A stretch of 64,000 nucleotides of DNA, from NCBI GenBank assembly GCA_951406725.2, contig OX597833.1, forward strand, positions 40,114,001-40,178,000, written 5' to 3'. The position numbers and the translations under genes are program-made. Positions within the stretch are counted from its first letter, which is position 1, and each line of letters begins with the position of its first letter. Below the pieces are notes generated by a model, which was given only the letters and a program-made list of their open reading frames with translations, was not told the DNA's origin and did not search any database. This document shows, piece by piece, positions 1 through 12,005 of this stretch. The DNA comes from Octopus vulgaris. Its lineage: Eukaryota.

Positions 1-179
1 GTGCATGCTATGCGCACACACACACACACACACAAAGAGACAGAGAGGAAGCATAAAAAAGAGAAAGGGAGAAGAGCAAAGTGCCAACCGTGGTGGGCGA
101 GTGAGGGTGTAGATACAACTGCAACCCACAACACGGCAAACCAATTCTGAATGGAATGTTCCGCTGGTTAGTTGGGTTG

Positions 180-220
180 GTTGCCATTAGCAACACTATG
201 TTGCGGTCGCTAGTGGCAAC
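180..220. promoter_or_regulatory. Pair of RFX X-box-like palindromes
   Basis: GTTGCCATTAGCAAC (180-194) and GTCGCTAGTGGCAAC (206-220) fit GTNRCY-N(0-3)-RGYAAC; a third, looser match GTTGTTATGGCAAC lies at 541-554. Confidence 0.45.
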
Positions 221-614
221 AGTTTCTTCTCATCAGCTAACCTGATTTATATTGAGAAATTATGGGATTGCTGGAATTCCATTCACTCTTCTTCGCTACC
301 GCCTCCACCACCACCATCACCACCACCACCACCACCACCAGCCACCAATCTTCTCACCCCACCCCCACCCACTAATAGGTCAACACACACACATACACAT
401 GCACATATGTGCATATGCATAAATTTTGCTTTGATGTAGCTAAAGTAGCACTGGTTGCAGTCATTGCAGTGACTGCAATTGCTGCTGCTGTTGCAGTTTC
501 TGCTGCCGTTGCTGCTGCTGCTGCTACCTCTCTATAGTTTGTTGTTATGGCAACCACATAACAGCAGTAACAGAAACTGCAGCTGCAGATGCAGTTGGTG
601 TTGTATACTTCTGC

Positions 615-1145
615 AATTGTTGTTGTTGTTGTTATTGTTGTTGTTGATGTTGGTGGTGGTAGTGGTTTTGCTTAATGTTGCTCTTCTTGGCATTGCTGTG
701 TATTCTCGTTGCTCTTGTTCATGTTCCTGTTATTATAATCTTTACTATTGTTGTTGTTGTTGTTGTTGTTGCAGATGCTACAACTACAACTACAATCAGT
801 TGTTACTGCTACTACTGCTACTACTGCTTCTATAACTGTTGCTACTGTTGTTGCTGTTGCTGTTACTGCTGCTATTACTACTACAACAACTACTACTACT
901 ACTATCACCACCACCACTAGTAGTACTATTGTTGCTACTACAGATACTACTGGTACTGATAATAATAATATGAAGAAGAAGAAGAAGAAGAAGAAGAAGA
1001 AGAAGAAGATGAAGATGAAGACGAAGAAGACGAAGAAGAAGAAGAAGAAGAAGAAGAAGAAGAAGAAGAAGAAGAAGAAGAAGAAGAAGAAGAAGAAGAA
1101 GAAGAAGAAGAAGAAGAAGAAGAAGAAGAAGAAAGAGAAGAAGGA
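615..1145. repeat. Compound trinucleotide microsatellites (TTG)n/(TAC)n/(GAA)n
   Basis: Directly visible; long (GAA)n run at about 972-1132. Confidence 0.95.
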
Positions 1146-1152
1146 GAATCCT

Positions 1153-1365
1153 CTCTACTATTAGCACAAGGCCTGAAATTTTTTGGAGTGGAGATTAAGC
1201 TGATTACATCGATCCCAGTATTTCATTGGTACCTAATTTATTGACCCTGAAAGGATGAAAAGGCAAAGTCAACCTTGGCACAATTTGAACTCAGAACATA
1301 AAGATGGACGAAATGCCACTAAGCATTTTACCTGGCATGCTATCAAATTCTGCCAGCATGCCACC

Positions 1366-1399
<34 letters not shown>

Positions 1400-1928
1400 C
1401 GGTTTCAAATTTTAGCACAAAGCCAGCAAGTTTAGGAGAGAGAGAGAGTAAGTTGATTATATCAACCCCAGAGCTCAACTGATAGTTATTTCATCAAACT
1501 GAAAAGGTTCAAAGGCGAAGTCGATGTTGGTGAAATTTGAATTCAGAACATAGAGACAGATGAAACACCACTATGCATTTTTCCTGGCATGTTAAGAAGT
1601 CTACCAGCTTACCACTTTTCTAATAATAATAGTAATAATAATAATAATCTTTTCTACTATAAGTACAAGGCCTGAAATTTGGTAGAAGGGGACTATTGGA
1701 TTACAATACCCCCAATGTTTCACTGGTACTTAATTTATCGACCCCAAAAGAATGAAAGGCAAAGTCAACTTCAGTGGAATTTGAACTCAGAATGTAGTGG
1801 CAGATAAACTACCGCTAAGCATTTCACCCAGCATGCTAACAATTCTGCCAGCTCACTGCCTCAATAATAATAATAATAATAATAACAACAACAACAACAA
1901 CAACAACAGCAACAACAACAACAACAAC

Positions 1929-1959
<31 letters not shown>

Positions 1960-2160
1960 GTTTCAAATTTCGCTACAAGGGCAGCAATTTTGGAGGAGGG
2001 GATGAGTCAATTACATCAACCTCAGTGTTTCACTGGTACTCAGTTTATCGACCCCAAAAGGTTGAAAGGTAAAGTCGACCTCAGCAGAATTTGAACTTGC
2101 AACATAGTGACGGATGAAATACAACTGACATACTAACGATTCTGCCAGCTCACCACCTTA
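1153..2160 (-). mobile_element. Four tandem copies of a tRNA-derived SINE (MetaSINE-like core) separated by (AAT)n
   Basis: Each copy is the reverse complement of GAGCTGGCAGAATCGTTAGCA (box A-like)...GAGTTCAAATTC (box B)...GACTTTGCCTTTCATCCTTTCGGGGTCGATAAA...AGTACCAG. Copies at about 1153-1367, 1400-1620, 1648-1862 and 1959-2160. The MetaSINE label is from recall of the core sequence. Confidence 0.85.
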
Positions 2161-2199
2161 AATAATAATAACAACAACAACAATAATATTAATAATAAT

Positions 2200-3672
2200 A
2201 GACAACACGAAGAACATGATGCAATAGCAATAGATATTTTATTGGCTGAACAATATTTCAACAGCTAGCCTGTCTTTGTCGAGTTCAAAATGAAAAGTGA
2301 TACATAGAAATTCAAAGTTATAGAAAATCAAATCCAAAATTTGAACGAGGGCAACCAGCATTCCCACATTGATGGAATGACATCATCAGTCTTCAGTTTT
2401 CAATATTACCACTAGCAAAAAAAAAAGAGAAGAAAAGAAAAAAGAAAAGGGAAAAAAGAACAATATTTAATCAAAAGGTTTTGTCAATATGATGAAATTC
2501 TTCTGTCATTTTATTCATCCCTCCAGGACATGATGTTAATAACTCACAAACTTAATTCTTCTCATGCATTTTGAGGACTGAAAGTGCAGCAGATTCAGAA
2601 TATTTTCTGCGAATATGCACTTTCAAGTCTTTTTCATAATTGCAGCCATTTAATGTAAAATGTTCAGCAAGTTCTGTTGAACTACTGTTATTGTGCCTGA
2701 CATCATATTTGTGCCCACTGAATATTTCGTTTAATTGTTCCATTGTTCAACCAGCATAAATCAAGTTGTGTTTGGTGTAAACTGCTGCGTGCACCAAATG
2801 GGCATCTCTACATATCCCACCATCTGTGTAAATCATAACATTTCTGTTATGATTCCTGATGGAATTAACTTGACTCATGTTGTTGCACAATGAACAGGGT
2901 TTACTTCTCTTTTGGCTGTTTTCAAGGTACAGCATGCAGAAACTCCAACGTTAGTTTTCTTGGAGTCAGAAGTAAAGATTAATAATTCTCTTATATTTTT
3001 ATTCCATCCAAAGGCTACAATAGGTGGCTGAGGAAATATCTGTTTGAAACAAGGATATTTCTCTGCAACATGCTGGTAACTTCCATCAGGAAACAGGACG
3101 TGGTTCCTCCTGATGATGTCTTGAGCTAACTGGATCCTATAAAGGAGCTGTTGTGGTAGCAGACCACGAAACACGGTTGTAATTCCTCCCCAAATGCCTT
3201 TGTACACCTTTATGTCAACTGTGGTTATAGTGAATCATGATTAAAGGAAATAAATGACATAGCGAAGATTAGCAAAGAAAGTCAAACTTTCATGCATAAT
3301 TTTAGCAAACAAAGTACAATATGTGACAGAATTCCTTTAGTGGTTAACTGGCACTGAAATTTCGCTGTCATTTCAAAAGTGTTACATGAAAGTTACCAGC
3401 ATGTTGCAGAAAAATATCCTTGTTTCAAACAGATATTTCCTCAGCTGCCTACTGTAAAACTTGAAAATTGAAGACTGAAGATGTCATTCCATCAATGTGG
3501 AAACGCTGGTAGCCCTCATTCAAGTTTTGGATTTGAATTTCTATAATTCTGAATTTCCATGTATCACTTTTCATTTTGAACTCAACAAAGACAGGCTAGC
3601 TGTCAAAATATCAGTCAACCATTAAAATATCTATTGCAATTGCATCACGCTCTTTGTATTGTCTATTTATCT
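2200..3672 (-). mobile_element. Penelope-like element remnant (GIY-YIG endonuclease) with inverted terminal repeat
   Basis: Minus-strand translation HLVHAAVYTKHNLIYAG*TMEQLNEIFSGHKYDVRHNNSSSTELAEHF is a decayed PLE GIY-YIG (VY..C....YVGQT...L..RF.GH...HF). 2200-2403 recurs inverted at 3460-3670; 3015-3080 recurs inverted at 3392-3453. Confidence 0.8.
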
Positions 3673-3701
3673 TTGTGAAGAATTATGTCAACCCTTTTAA
3701 A

Positions 3702-3751
<50 letters not shown>

Positions 3752-3752
<1 letters not shown>

Positions 3753-4273
3753 CGTAAATCCTCGAGTATAGTCCACCCTTGAGTATAATATGCAGGGGAA
3801 TTTTAGGGGGATTGTACCTCTGAAAAACCTAAACCTTGTGTATAATATGCACTCCTTCTCTGACTTGAGTCAAGGAGGTCTATATAACAGCCTTGGTTTG
3901 TAAAACTGTATACAGTAACGTCCTTTATTATTATTGTATATATAACATAATGCAAACATATAGCTTTTTTGTGCATCTTGTTTGTAGAAAATAAAGAAAT
4001 AACAGTAATAACAGTAATAACGTTTAATAAATGTTGCTTACTGCATGTTACAGATGATTCTTTTATGACTTCATTGCTTTCAGGCTTAGCTTAAGGATTT
4101 TTCGCACCCTACATCACAAAATGTGTCTGAATAAACATTACTGGACAGCAAATAGAGACTCGGACATCGCTTAGAAAATATTTTTCATTTTTTAACCTCG
4201 TATACAGTACGCACTAGGGATTTTGACCTTTAAATTTTGGTAAACAAATGCGGATTATACTCGAGGATTTATT

Positions 4274-4274
<1 letters not shown>
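3752..4274. mobile_element. Tc1/mariner-superfamily (Tc2/pogo-like) MITE
   Basis: TIR CCGTAAATCCTCGAGTATA...TATACTCGAGGATTTATTG with TA flanks; an inverted sister copy lies at 16912-17388. Confidence 0.85.
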
Positions 4275-4313
<39 letters not shown>

Positions 4314-4331
4314 TAATAATAATAATGATAA

Positions 4332-4705
4332 TGCTGATTGCTACCTAGCTCAGTTGATAGCAAAAGGGACTGAGTGTTACCAAGGTAAGCTGATAGCAAA
4401 AGGGGCTGATTGCTACCTAACTCAGATACCTGTATACCCCAAAATGGCAGAAATTCAAAAGATAGTGCTCATGGGAACTGCCCATATCCTGTGTAAAATA
4501 TTGTCTATGTAATCTCAAATTTCAAAACAAACTCATAATTTTCTTGTTTTCTTAAACATTCTCTAGAACAATACTATATGCGGAACCAAATATATGATAC
4601 CCTAGGCATAACACCAACATGAACTTCTAACTTGTTGTCTCTTGAGGTCTCTGGGTGAGACTTGGAGCCAACTTGTACAAATACAAAGCAAAAGTCAAAC
4701 ATATA
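4332..4705 (+). mobile_element. R4/Dong-like LINE 3' fragment
   Basis: Encodes AKGADCYLTQIP..PKMAEIQKIVLMGTAHILCKILSM* plus 3'UTR; same family as 6549-7100; flanked by (AAT)n. Confidence 0.8.
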
Positions 4706-4719
4706 ATATTAATAATAGA

Positions 4720-6462
4720 GGAACCGTATATGGATCAGAATGAAATGGTTGAGAACAGAATTGACTGCAGAGAATCAAGTATTAGGAGAGGTGAAAATCA
4801 GGAGAGGAATCTTCCAGGGGACAGTGTGTCCCCACTGATCTTTGTGCTGGGAATGGTCCCCTTGAGTGAAATACTACAGAAAACAAAGTTGGTATATGAT
4901 CTGGGAAGCAGTGAGAGAAAACTGAACCACTTGCTATTCATGGACAATTTGAAGTTGTTCACAAAATGTGAAACAGAACTGGACATCCTAGCCAGTCTGT
5001 GCAGATTTTCTCCAATGATATTAAGATGGAGTTTGGGCTCTCAAAATGTGCTACGATGATGATGAGATGAGGTAAGTTTGTCAGGACAGAAGGCATAGGT
5101 TTGCCAAGTGGTGAGATGATGAAGACAATTCAACCTCAATCCAGCTATAAATACTTGGGAATACTTGAGGCAGATGGAATTAAATACAATGATATGAAGG
5201 GAAAAGACAAAAAGAGAGTACCTGCGGGGAATGAGAGAAATACAGGCTTCAAAGCTGAATGCCAGAAACACTTTTTTTTGGCAATAGACTTGCGTGCAGT
5301 TGCAGTAGTTCGGTATGGTGCTGGAATCCTGAAGTGGACAGAGGAGGAGCTAAAGGAGATGGACAAGAAGTCAAGAAAGCTCCTAATGATGCATGGAGCC
5401 CATCAGCCACGTGCAGGCACAGATCGCCTATACATGAAGAGAGCAACTGGAGGAAGAGGACTGATAAGTGTGGGAGACTACATACATATCAAACTTGAGA
5501 GCTTAATGAGATACCTAGCCCAAGGAAGGAAGCCTTGCTAGTAACAGTTATGAATGAGAGAGTATTGAGAGCAGAGAAAAAAAGGAAAAACAAAGAAAAA
5601 ATACAAAAAGGGCATGAAGAAGAATTACGCAACAAGGGACTACACAATCAAGTCCATGTAGCCACAACAGAAGTTGCTGGTAAAAATAGGTGGGATTGGC
5701 TGAAGAAAGGAACCCTAAAAAAGAGACCAGGTGCACTGTATTGGCAGTGCAAGACCATGCTTTGGCCACAAACTGAAGGGTCAACCTTAGGAATGAGCAG
5801 GTGTCTCCACTGTCCCACATCTGTGAGTGGATGAAACCATTGCCCATATCACAAATGAATGCCCTAGACTTGCCAAAAACCACTACAAATTGTGGTGACA
5901 TGATCAGGTAGCAAAAGTTTTCCATTGGAAACTGCGCAAAAAGTGGGGGCTAGAGAGAGGCAAGACAAAGTATGAGCACAAGCCACAGAGAGTGGTGGAA
6001 TTGGAAACTAGCAAAATCCTCTGGGATTTCCCAATCCAAACAGATCAGATGCTAGAACATAACAGACCGGAGCTAGTGGTGGTGGACAAAATGCACCACA
6101 TATGCTATATAGTTGACGTTGCATGCCTCCTTGACCCACAAATAGTCAAGAAAGAAGGCGTAAAGATAGATAGATACAACCCTCTTAAGTATGAAATAGC
6201 CTGGCTATGGAAAATGAAGAAGGTAAAGATAGTGCCCATTATTGGTGGGTCCTAGGGAACAGTATCAGAATGCATCAAAAGGAATATAATGAAATTGGAA
6301 TAGAGTGCCCTGTAGAACTGTTACAAAAGGTTTGCCTTCTTGGCAGAGCCAGAATAATCAGAAAAGTATTAGACAACTGAAAAGAATGAAAAGCATGGTA
6401 CTGTAGGCTGCAAGTAGTAAGCCTGCTATGCATGCAAAACTCCATGAGCGCCAACAAAAGAG
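4720..6462 (+). mobile_element. R4/Dong-clade non-LTR retrotransposon (RT + CCHC + RLE), 5'-truncated and frameshifted
   Basis: RT motifs GDSVSPLIF, NHLLFMDNLKLF and YKYLG; RLYMKR..GGRGL; ETIAHITNEC zinc knuckle; (R)HDQVA; WDFPIQTD...NRPELVVVDK...IVDVAC restriction-like endonuclease. Confidence 0.9.
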
Positions 6463-6492
6463 ATAATGATGATGATGATGATGATGATGATG

Positions 6493-6548
<56 letters not shown>

Positions 6549-6549
<1 letters not shown>

Positions 6550-7100
6550 CAAATAGGCCAGACATCATATTGAAAGACTTCAAACAAAGAACATGCCTCC
6601 TCATTGATATGACTGTCCCAATCGATATAAACGTATCTGTCAAGACCTACCAAAAACTGGGCAAATGTAAAGATCTTGAAATAGAAATCAGCAAAATGTG
6701 GAAGCTGAAGACTAAAACAATACCTGTTGTCATAGGTGCCCTGGGAATGATAGCAAAAGGGGCTGATAACTACCTAACTCAGATACCAGGAAACCCAAAA
6801 ATGGCAGAAATTCAAAAGATAGTGCTCATGGGAACTGCTCATATCCTACGCAAAATACTTTCTATGTAATCTCAAGGTTTAAAACAAACATAATTTTCGG
6901 TTTTTAAAAAAAATTTTTTTTTTTTTAATTATTTTTTTTTAGACATTCATTAGTACAACACTAAAAACTCCCCTCCCCCCACCAATATATGGCACACTAG
7001 GCATAACAACAACATGACCTTCCAACCTGTTGTCTCTTGAGGTCTCTGGGTGAGACTTGGAGCCAACTTGTACAAATATAAAGCAAAAGTCAAACATTGA
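6549..7100 (+). mobile_element. R4/Dong-like LINE 3' fragment (RLE domain + 3'UTR)
   Basis: NRPDIILKD..RTCLLIDMTVP..K..K..DLEIEISKMW..IPVVIGALG; (AAT)n on both sides. Confidence 0.9.
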
Positions 7101-7119
7101 ATAATAATAATAATAATAT

Positions 7120-7545
7120 ATGAGTAATTCCTTGCGATCACAACATAGCAGTGAAAGAATTTTACAAGATCAGTAAATATAAAAACTTGCTAATAGAAAT
7201 TGAAAAAATGTGGCATCTCAAGGCGACTACAGTACCAGTGATTGTAGGATCTCTAGGAATGATAAAAAAGGTACAGAAACCTATTTGAAAATGATACCAG
7301 GCTTACCATCCCTACAGGAAGTGCAAAAAATCGTGTTAACTGGAATGGCTCATGTACTGAGAAGAGCATTATCGCTGTGAAAACAACACCCATTCATGAA
7401 TTTATTTCTTTATTAATTTTTTAAATACATATTTACCTGTGAATTTGTGAGTGTAATCTGGGAATGCATACAATGAGCTTCTCTGCCCTAGGTGTATGGA
7501 AAACATTCAGCGAGAAACGGAAGAAAATTTGAAGAAAGAAGGAAT
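7120..7545 (+). mobile_element. R4/Dong-like LINE 3' fragment, further subfamily
   Basis: KYKNLLIEIEKMWHLKATTVPVIVGSLG...QEVQKIVLTGMAHVLRRALS; followed by (AAT)n. Confidence 0.8.
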
Positions 7546-7552
7546 TAATAAC

Positions 7553-7602
<50 letters not shown>

Positions 7603-7637
7603 TGATAATAATAATAACAATAATATTAATAATAATA

Positions 7638-7709
<72 letters not shown>

Positions 7710-7776
7710 TGGTTACCATAACTGCAAATGGTGTTATTACTTCAGTTGATACCACCACCACCACCACCACTACTAT

Positions 7777-7822
<46 letters not shown>

Positions 7823-8156
7823 GTTGCCATTTGCTACTCCTACAATTACAATTACTAGTATAGCTGCTGGCTGAAACTACTCCTACTTTCATTATTGCAA
7901 CTACCACTTTTACTGCTGTTATTACAACATTGACAATAATTATAACCCCAAATATACAGAGAAGTTAAGGGGACAGTTGATTCAAGACTCCAGAATATAT
8001 AACAGGCAATTATTTTATAAATGCAACATGTTATTCACAACACACCAATGTAAGATAAAATGAATCAATCTGCATTGTCAGCATATGTGCACTTTTATGC
8101 AAATATAAACAGAACAGTTTGGTGCCATCCAAGTTTTTATTCATCATGAATAGCTA

Positions 8157-8594
8157 TTGGGTTGTCCGGAAAGTTCCTGCCAATTTATAGTGGCTTACCT
8201 TTCGACTTATTTTAGAACATGGCTGAGTCCATAAAATAGGATTTGACTACACTTCCATTTAGAGCACAGTTTAAGCTATCTTTTTGTGGAAGAAGGTTTA
8301 TGTTCCTTTTAACTTGTGTAAATTCTGTAACCCTTTAAAATGGAAGATAAGAAAGTTCATTTTCGGCACTTGATGCTTTTCTTTTTCCGTAAAAGGAAAA
8401 ATGCCTCACAAGCAACCAAAGAAATATGCGCAGTTTACGGTGTTTCTTTATCTGTACAGAAGTGGTTCTCAAGGTTCCGAGTTGGAAATTGTAGCCTTAT
8501 TGATAAAGATCGATCAGGCACACCATCCACTACAAGTATTTATTGGCCTTTTTCTTTCCTTTAAAAATCAGCACGAACTTTCCAGACAACCCAA
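8157..8594 (+). mobile_element. Internally deleted mariner element
   Basis: TIR TTGGGTTGTCCGGAAAGTTC...GAACTTTCCAGACAACCCAA with TA TSD; transposase N-terminal HTH MEDKKVHFRHLMLFFFRK..NASQATKEICAVYG..VQKWFSRFR..DRSG. Confidence 0.9.
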
Positions 8595-9188
8595 TATAAG
8601 CTGCTAATCTCTCTGTGGAGAGGAGATGAATATTTTTTCCCTGATGAAGTATCTAACAAAACCAGAAGCTAGTTGGATTAATACTAGTTTTTACTGCTCA
8701 CAGAGAAATAGCTGTAATGTAACTATTTTCTTCTTTTATTCTTTTACTTGTTTCAGTCATATGACTGTGGCCATGCTGGAGCACCTCCTTTTATACTTTT
8801 GTATACTTTTCACAGCAAAGCTAAAATAGTGTATAAATTGATTTCAAATTTTGGCACAAGGCCAGCAGTTTTGGGGGAAAGGAGTAAGTCAATTACATCG
8901 ACCCCAGTGCTCAACTGGTACTTAGTTTATCGACTCCAAAGTAGCGAAATGTAAAGTCAACCTCAACAGAATTTGAACTCACAACATAAAGACAGACAAA
9001 ATACCACAAAGAATTTTGCCCAGTGTGTTAACAATTCTGCCAGCTCAGCACCATAAAAAATAGTCTATATATTAAAAAAAAGGTATACCTTGCATTTCAA
9101 ATTGTATCATCATATCATCATCATCATTGTTTTATGCCCACTTTCTAATTTACAAGTATTACATTATAACAAGGAAACACTCACACAC

Positions 9189-9229
<41 letters not shown>

Positions 9230-9489
9230 TCATACACACATATGTGTGTGTATGATAGGGTTATAGGGTTCTTTCAGTTTCTCTCTAGTAGATCCACTCA
9301 AAAGGGTTTTGCTGGCCCTTGGTGATTGTAGAAGATACTTGCCTTAGGTCTCACATGTGGTTGAGAAGCAAGAATTTTAACCACAATTACATAGCTGCAT
9401 GTGTGTGTGTGTGTGTGTTGTGATATATATTTACATTTATATATATATGTGTATATGTGTATATGTACATAAGTATGTATATATGTATG

Positions 9490-9572
<83 letters not shown>

Positions 9573-9574
9573 CT

Positions 9575-10345
9575 CAGAGAGAGATAGAGAGAAAAGTAGA
9601 GGCAGGGAAATAAAGATGAGAGAATGTAAATTTATGAATGTATGTATGTATGTATGTTTGTATGTATGTATGTATATATGTATGTAAGTATGTATGTATG
9701 TATGTCTGCATGTATGTATGGTCACTTAATCTGCTAGAAATGTCAACCGATTTTCCAGATTAAAAAAAAAAGGAAGAACACTTTGGCCAGTGTATTCCTA
9801 GACACAGAATTTCTCAATAAAAGACAAAAGAGTAATTAATAGAATACCTTCAAGCAATTAATTGCTCAATCAAAGCTGCCTTGTGCTGTGTAACAATAGA
9901 AATGACATCAGCAACATTTGTCTCCAATTTCTGCAGGCTTTTCTCCTCTTACAGTATGATGGCTCCCAACTATGAGGCATCACGCATTCTATATTTGTTT
10001 TATGACTTTGAACTTAATGGCCAAGGCCAGTATTGGCCTAATCCATTAATAGCACTACCTGGTGAAGTCATATTTTAGGACACAATAACCTACATGAGGC
10101 AGCTTTGATTGAGTAACTAATTGATTGAAGATATTCTACTAATTACCCTTTTGTCTTTTATTGCGAAATTCTGTGTCTAAGAATACGTTGGCCAATATGT
10201 CCTTCTTTTATTTAATTTGGAAATTGGCTGACATTTCTTGCAGATTAAATGACCATACATACGTACATACATACACACATACATAAATTTATGTTCCCTT
10301 TTCTTTATCTTCCTGCCTCTACCTTTCGCTTTATCTCTCTCTAAT
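9575..10345. repeat. Long imperfect inverted duplication (arms about 9575-9880 and 10098-10345)
   Basis: AGAGGCAGGGAAATAAAGA vs TCTTTATCTTCCTGCCTCT; TAGACACAGAATTTC vs GAAATTCTGTGTCTA; CTCAATCAAAGCTGCC vs GGCAGCTTTGATTGAG. Confidence 0.9.
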
Positions 10346-10353
10346 ATACATAC

Positions 10354-10413
<60 letters not shown>

Positions 10414-10414
<1 letters not shown>

Positions 10415-10630
10415 CATACATATAAGAGGGATGACCACTAAGTGAACATCCATTATGCTAGAAGTCGACCCCTATGGTCTTACCACTAAGAAAGGAGTGT
10501 TCTTAAGAAAATTTAGTAAACATTTGCTAAATTTTCTTGAGAACACTCCTTTCTTAGTGGCAAGACCATAGGGGGTCGACTTCTAGCATAATGGACGTCC
10601 ACTTAGTGGTCATCCCTCTTATATGTATGT
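10414..10630. repeat. Near-perfect ~217-bp palindrome (foldback element)
   Basis: AAGAGGGATGACCACTAAGTG...CACTTAGTGGTCATCCCTCTT; arms differ by a few transitions and one G-run indel. Confidence 0.95.
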
Positions 10631-11689
10631 AATATAATTTTTCTGAATCTTCAGATTTTTCTATATGCTAGACCTCTGGTTTTAAATTGATATTAATCAA
10701 ATTAATATTCAATTTTTCACCCTTATTGTTTTAAATTTAATTTATATATATATATAAAGAGAGAGAGAGGGGGGAGAGAGAGAAAGAGAGGGAGAAAGAA
10801 GAGAGAAAGAGAGAGAGGGTAAATAGATGTATACATACATACATATATAAGGTGTTGTTGTCAGCCAAAACATATCCTGATGCCTGTGCTGAGTTGATTC
10901 GTCTTAACCCTTTTCCTCTGTCAAATGTAATGCTTATTTGTTCACATTGTTTTTGTGGTTTCAGAGATTTCATTGACGTGAATGTTTAATTTTAGAATGA
11001 CATTGTAAGGTTGGTGTGAAAAGCTGGATTTGGCACCTTTGAACATAAAACAGGTAAAGCATCTTGGCTAGATATGGCCAGTTTAAATGCTAAATTGTTA
11101 ATGGAATTTGGCAAGTGTTTTTGATCTTTGATTTGCTTTGGAATAATATTTAAGAAAGCTGGGCCAGTTAAGGTACAAAGCTATGTCACAATGTGTTTAT
11201 CCTCGAGTGTGTGTGCATGTGTGTCTGTGTGTAAATACATAGACACAGATACATATACACACATACATACATGATGGCTGTTTACGCATAAGATGAGTGT
11301 GGCTGTTGCTGGCAAGTTGACTTATAATTGTCTGTTCCTACAAAAGTGAAATTAACATGAAGCTGGTCAGAGACTTACAAAGATTGCTGCAAAACCTGAA
11401 AACTAAATCTGCGCTTTTGGCCTGATGTTTAAGCCTCTCAAGTGAAAGATCATTATAGGGCTTTTGAGTGTTTTGTAAGGCCAGAGCAGCTCCTGCAGGC
11501 TTTGCCACATAAATCACAGGTAAGCAGGTCTGCAACAACAAACTGAGCATAATCTGTTGGTGGGCTATCTATTTGACTCCTGAGGCGACTTTGGAGTCCT
11601 GCATTTCACAAGCATATTCAGCAATACTCATGGCAAACAAACTGAGGAACAGTTAATTCTACTTACATATTAATAGATGGCTACTTCAC

Positions 11690-12005
11690 AACTGCTTCTA
11701 TACCTAGACTATAAATTCACATTTATACCTAAAATTATTGGTGCACTAGGTTATGCTGGTAAACATCTAAGTGACAATCTGAGAAAGACAGGGCTTTCAG
11801 AAAAAGAAAGTGACCAGGTAACACTCACTTGCAACTTAACCATGATCTAGAGGGAAACAATAAAAGCATGCAAAACTTTTATATAAAGTTCAACGTGTAG
11901 CACAAAGCATTTTTTTGCCTTCCAATTTTGTTTCTTTGTTAAAAACTACTTCCTTCCTTGTGGGAAGAAATCAAACCATTAAGAAGAAAGAGAGCAAATA
12001 TAAAT
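11690..12005 (+). mobile_element. RLE-type LINE 3' remnant (family B)
   Basis: YKFTFIPKIIGALGYAGKHLSDNLRKTGLSEKE... resembles the C-termini at 22536-22830, 26590-26733 and 36516-36690. Confidence 0.6.

Noticed and set aside
479-1167. Poly-Leu/Lys/Thr/Cys ORFs
   Set aside because: Translations of trinucleotide microsatellites that are open in several frames on both strands.
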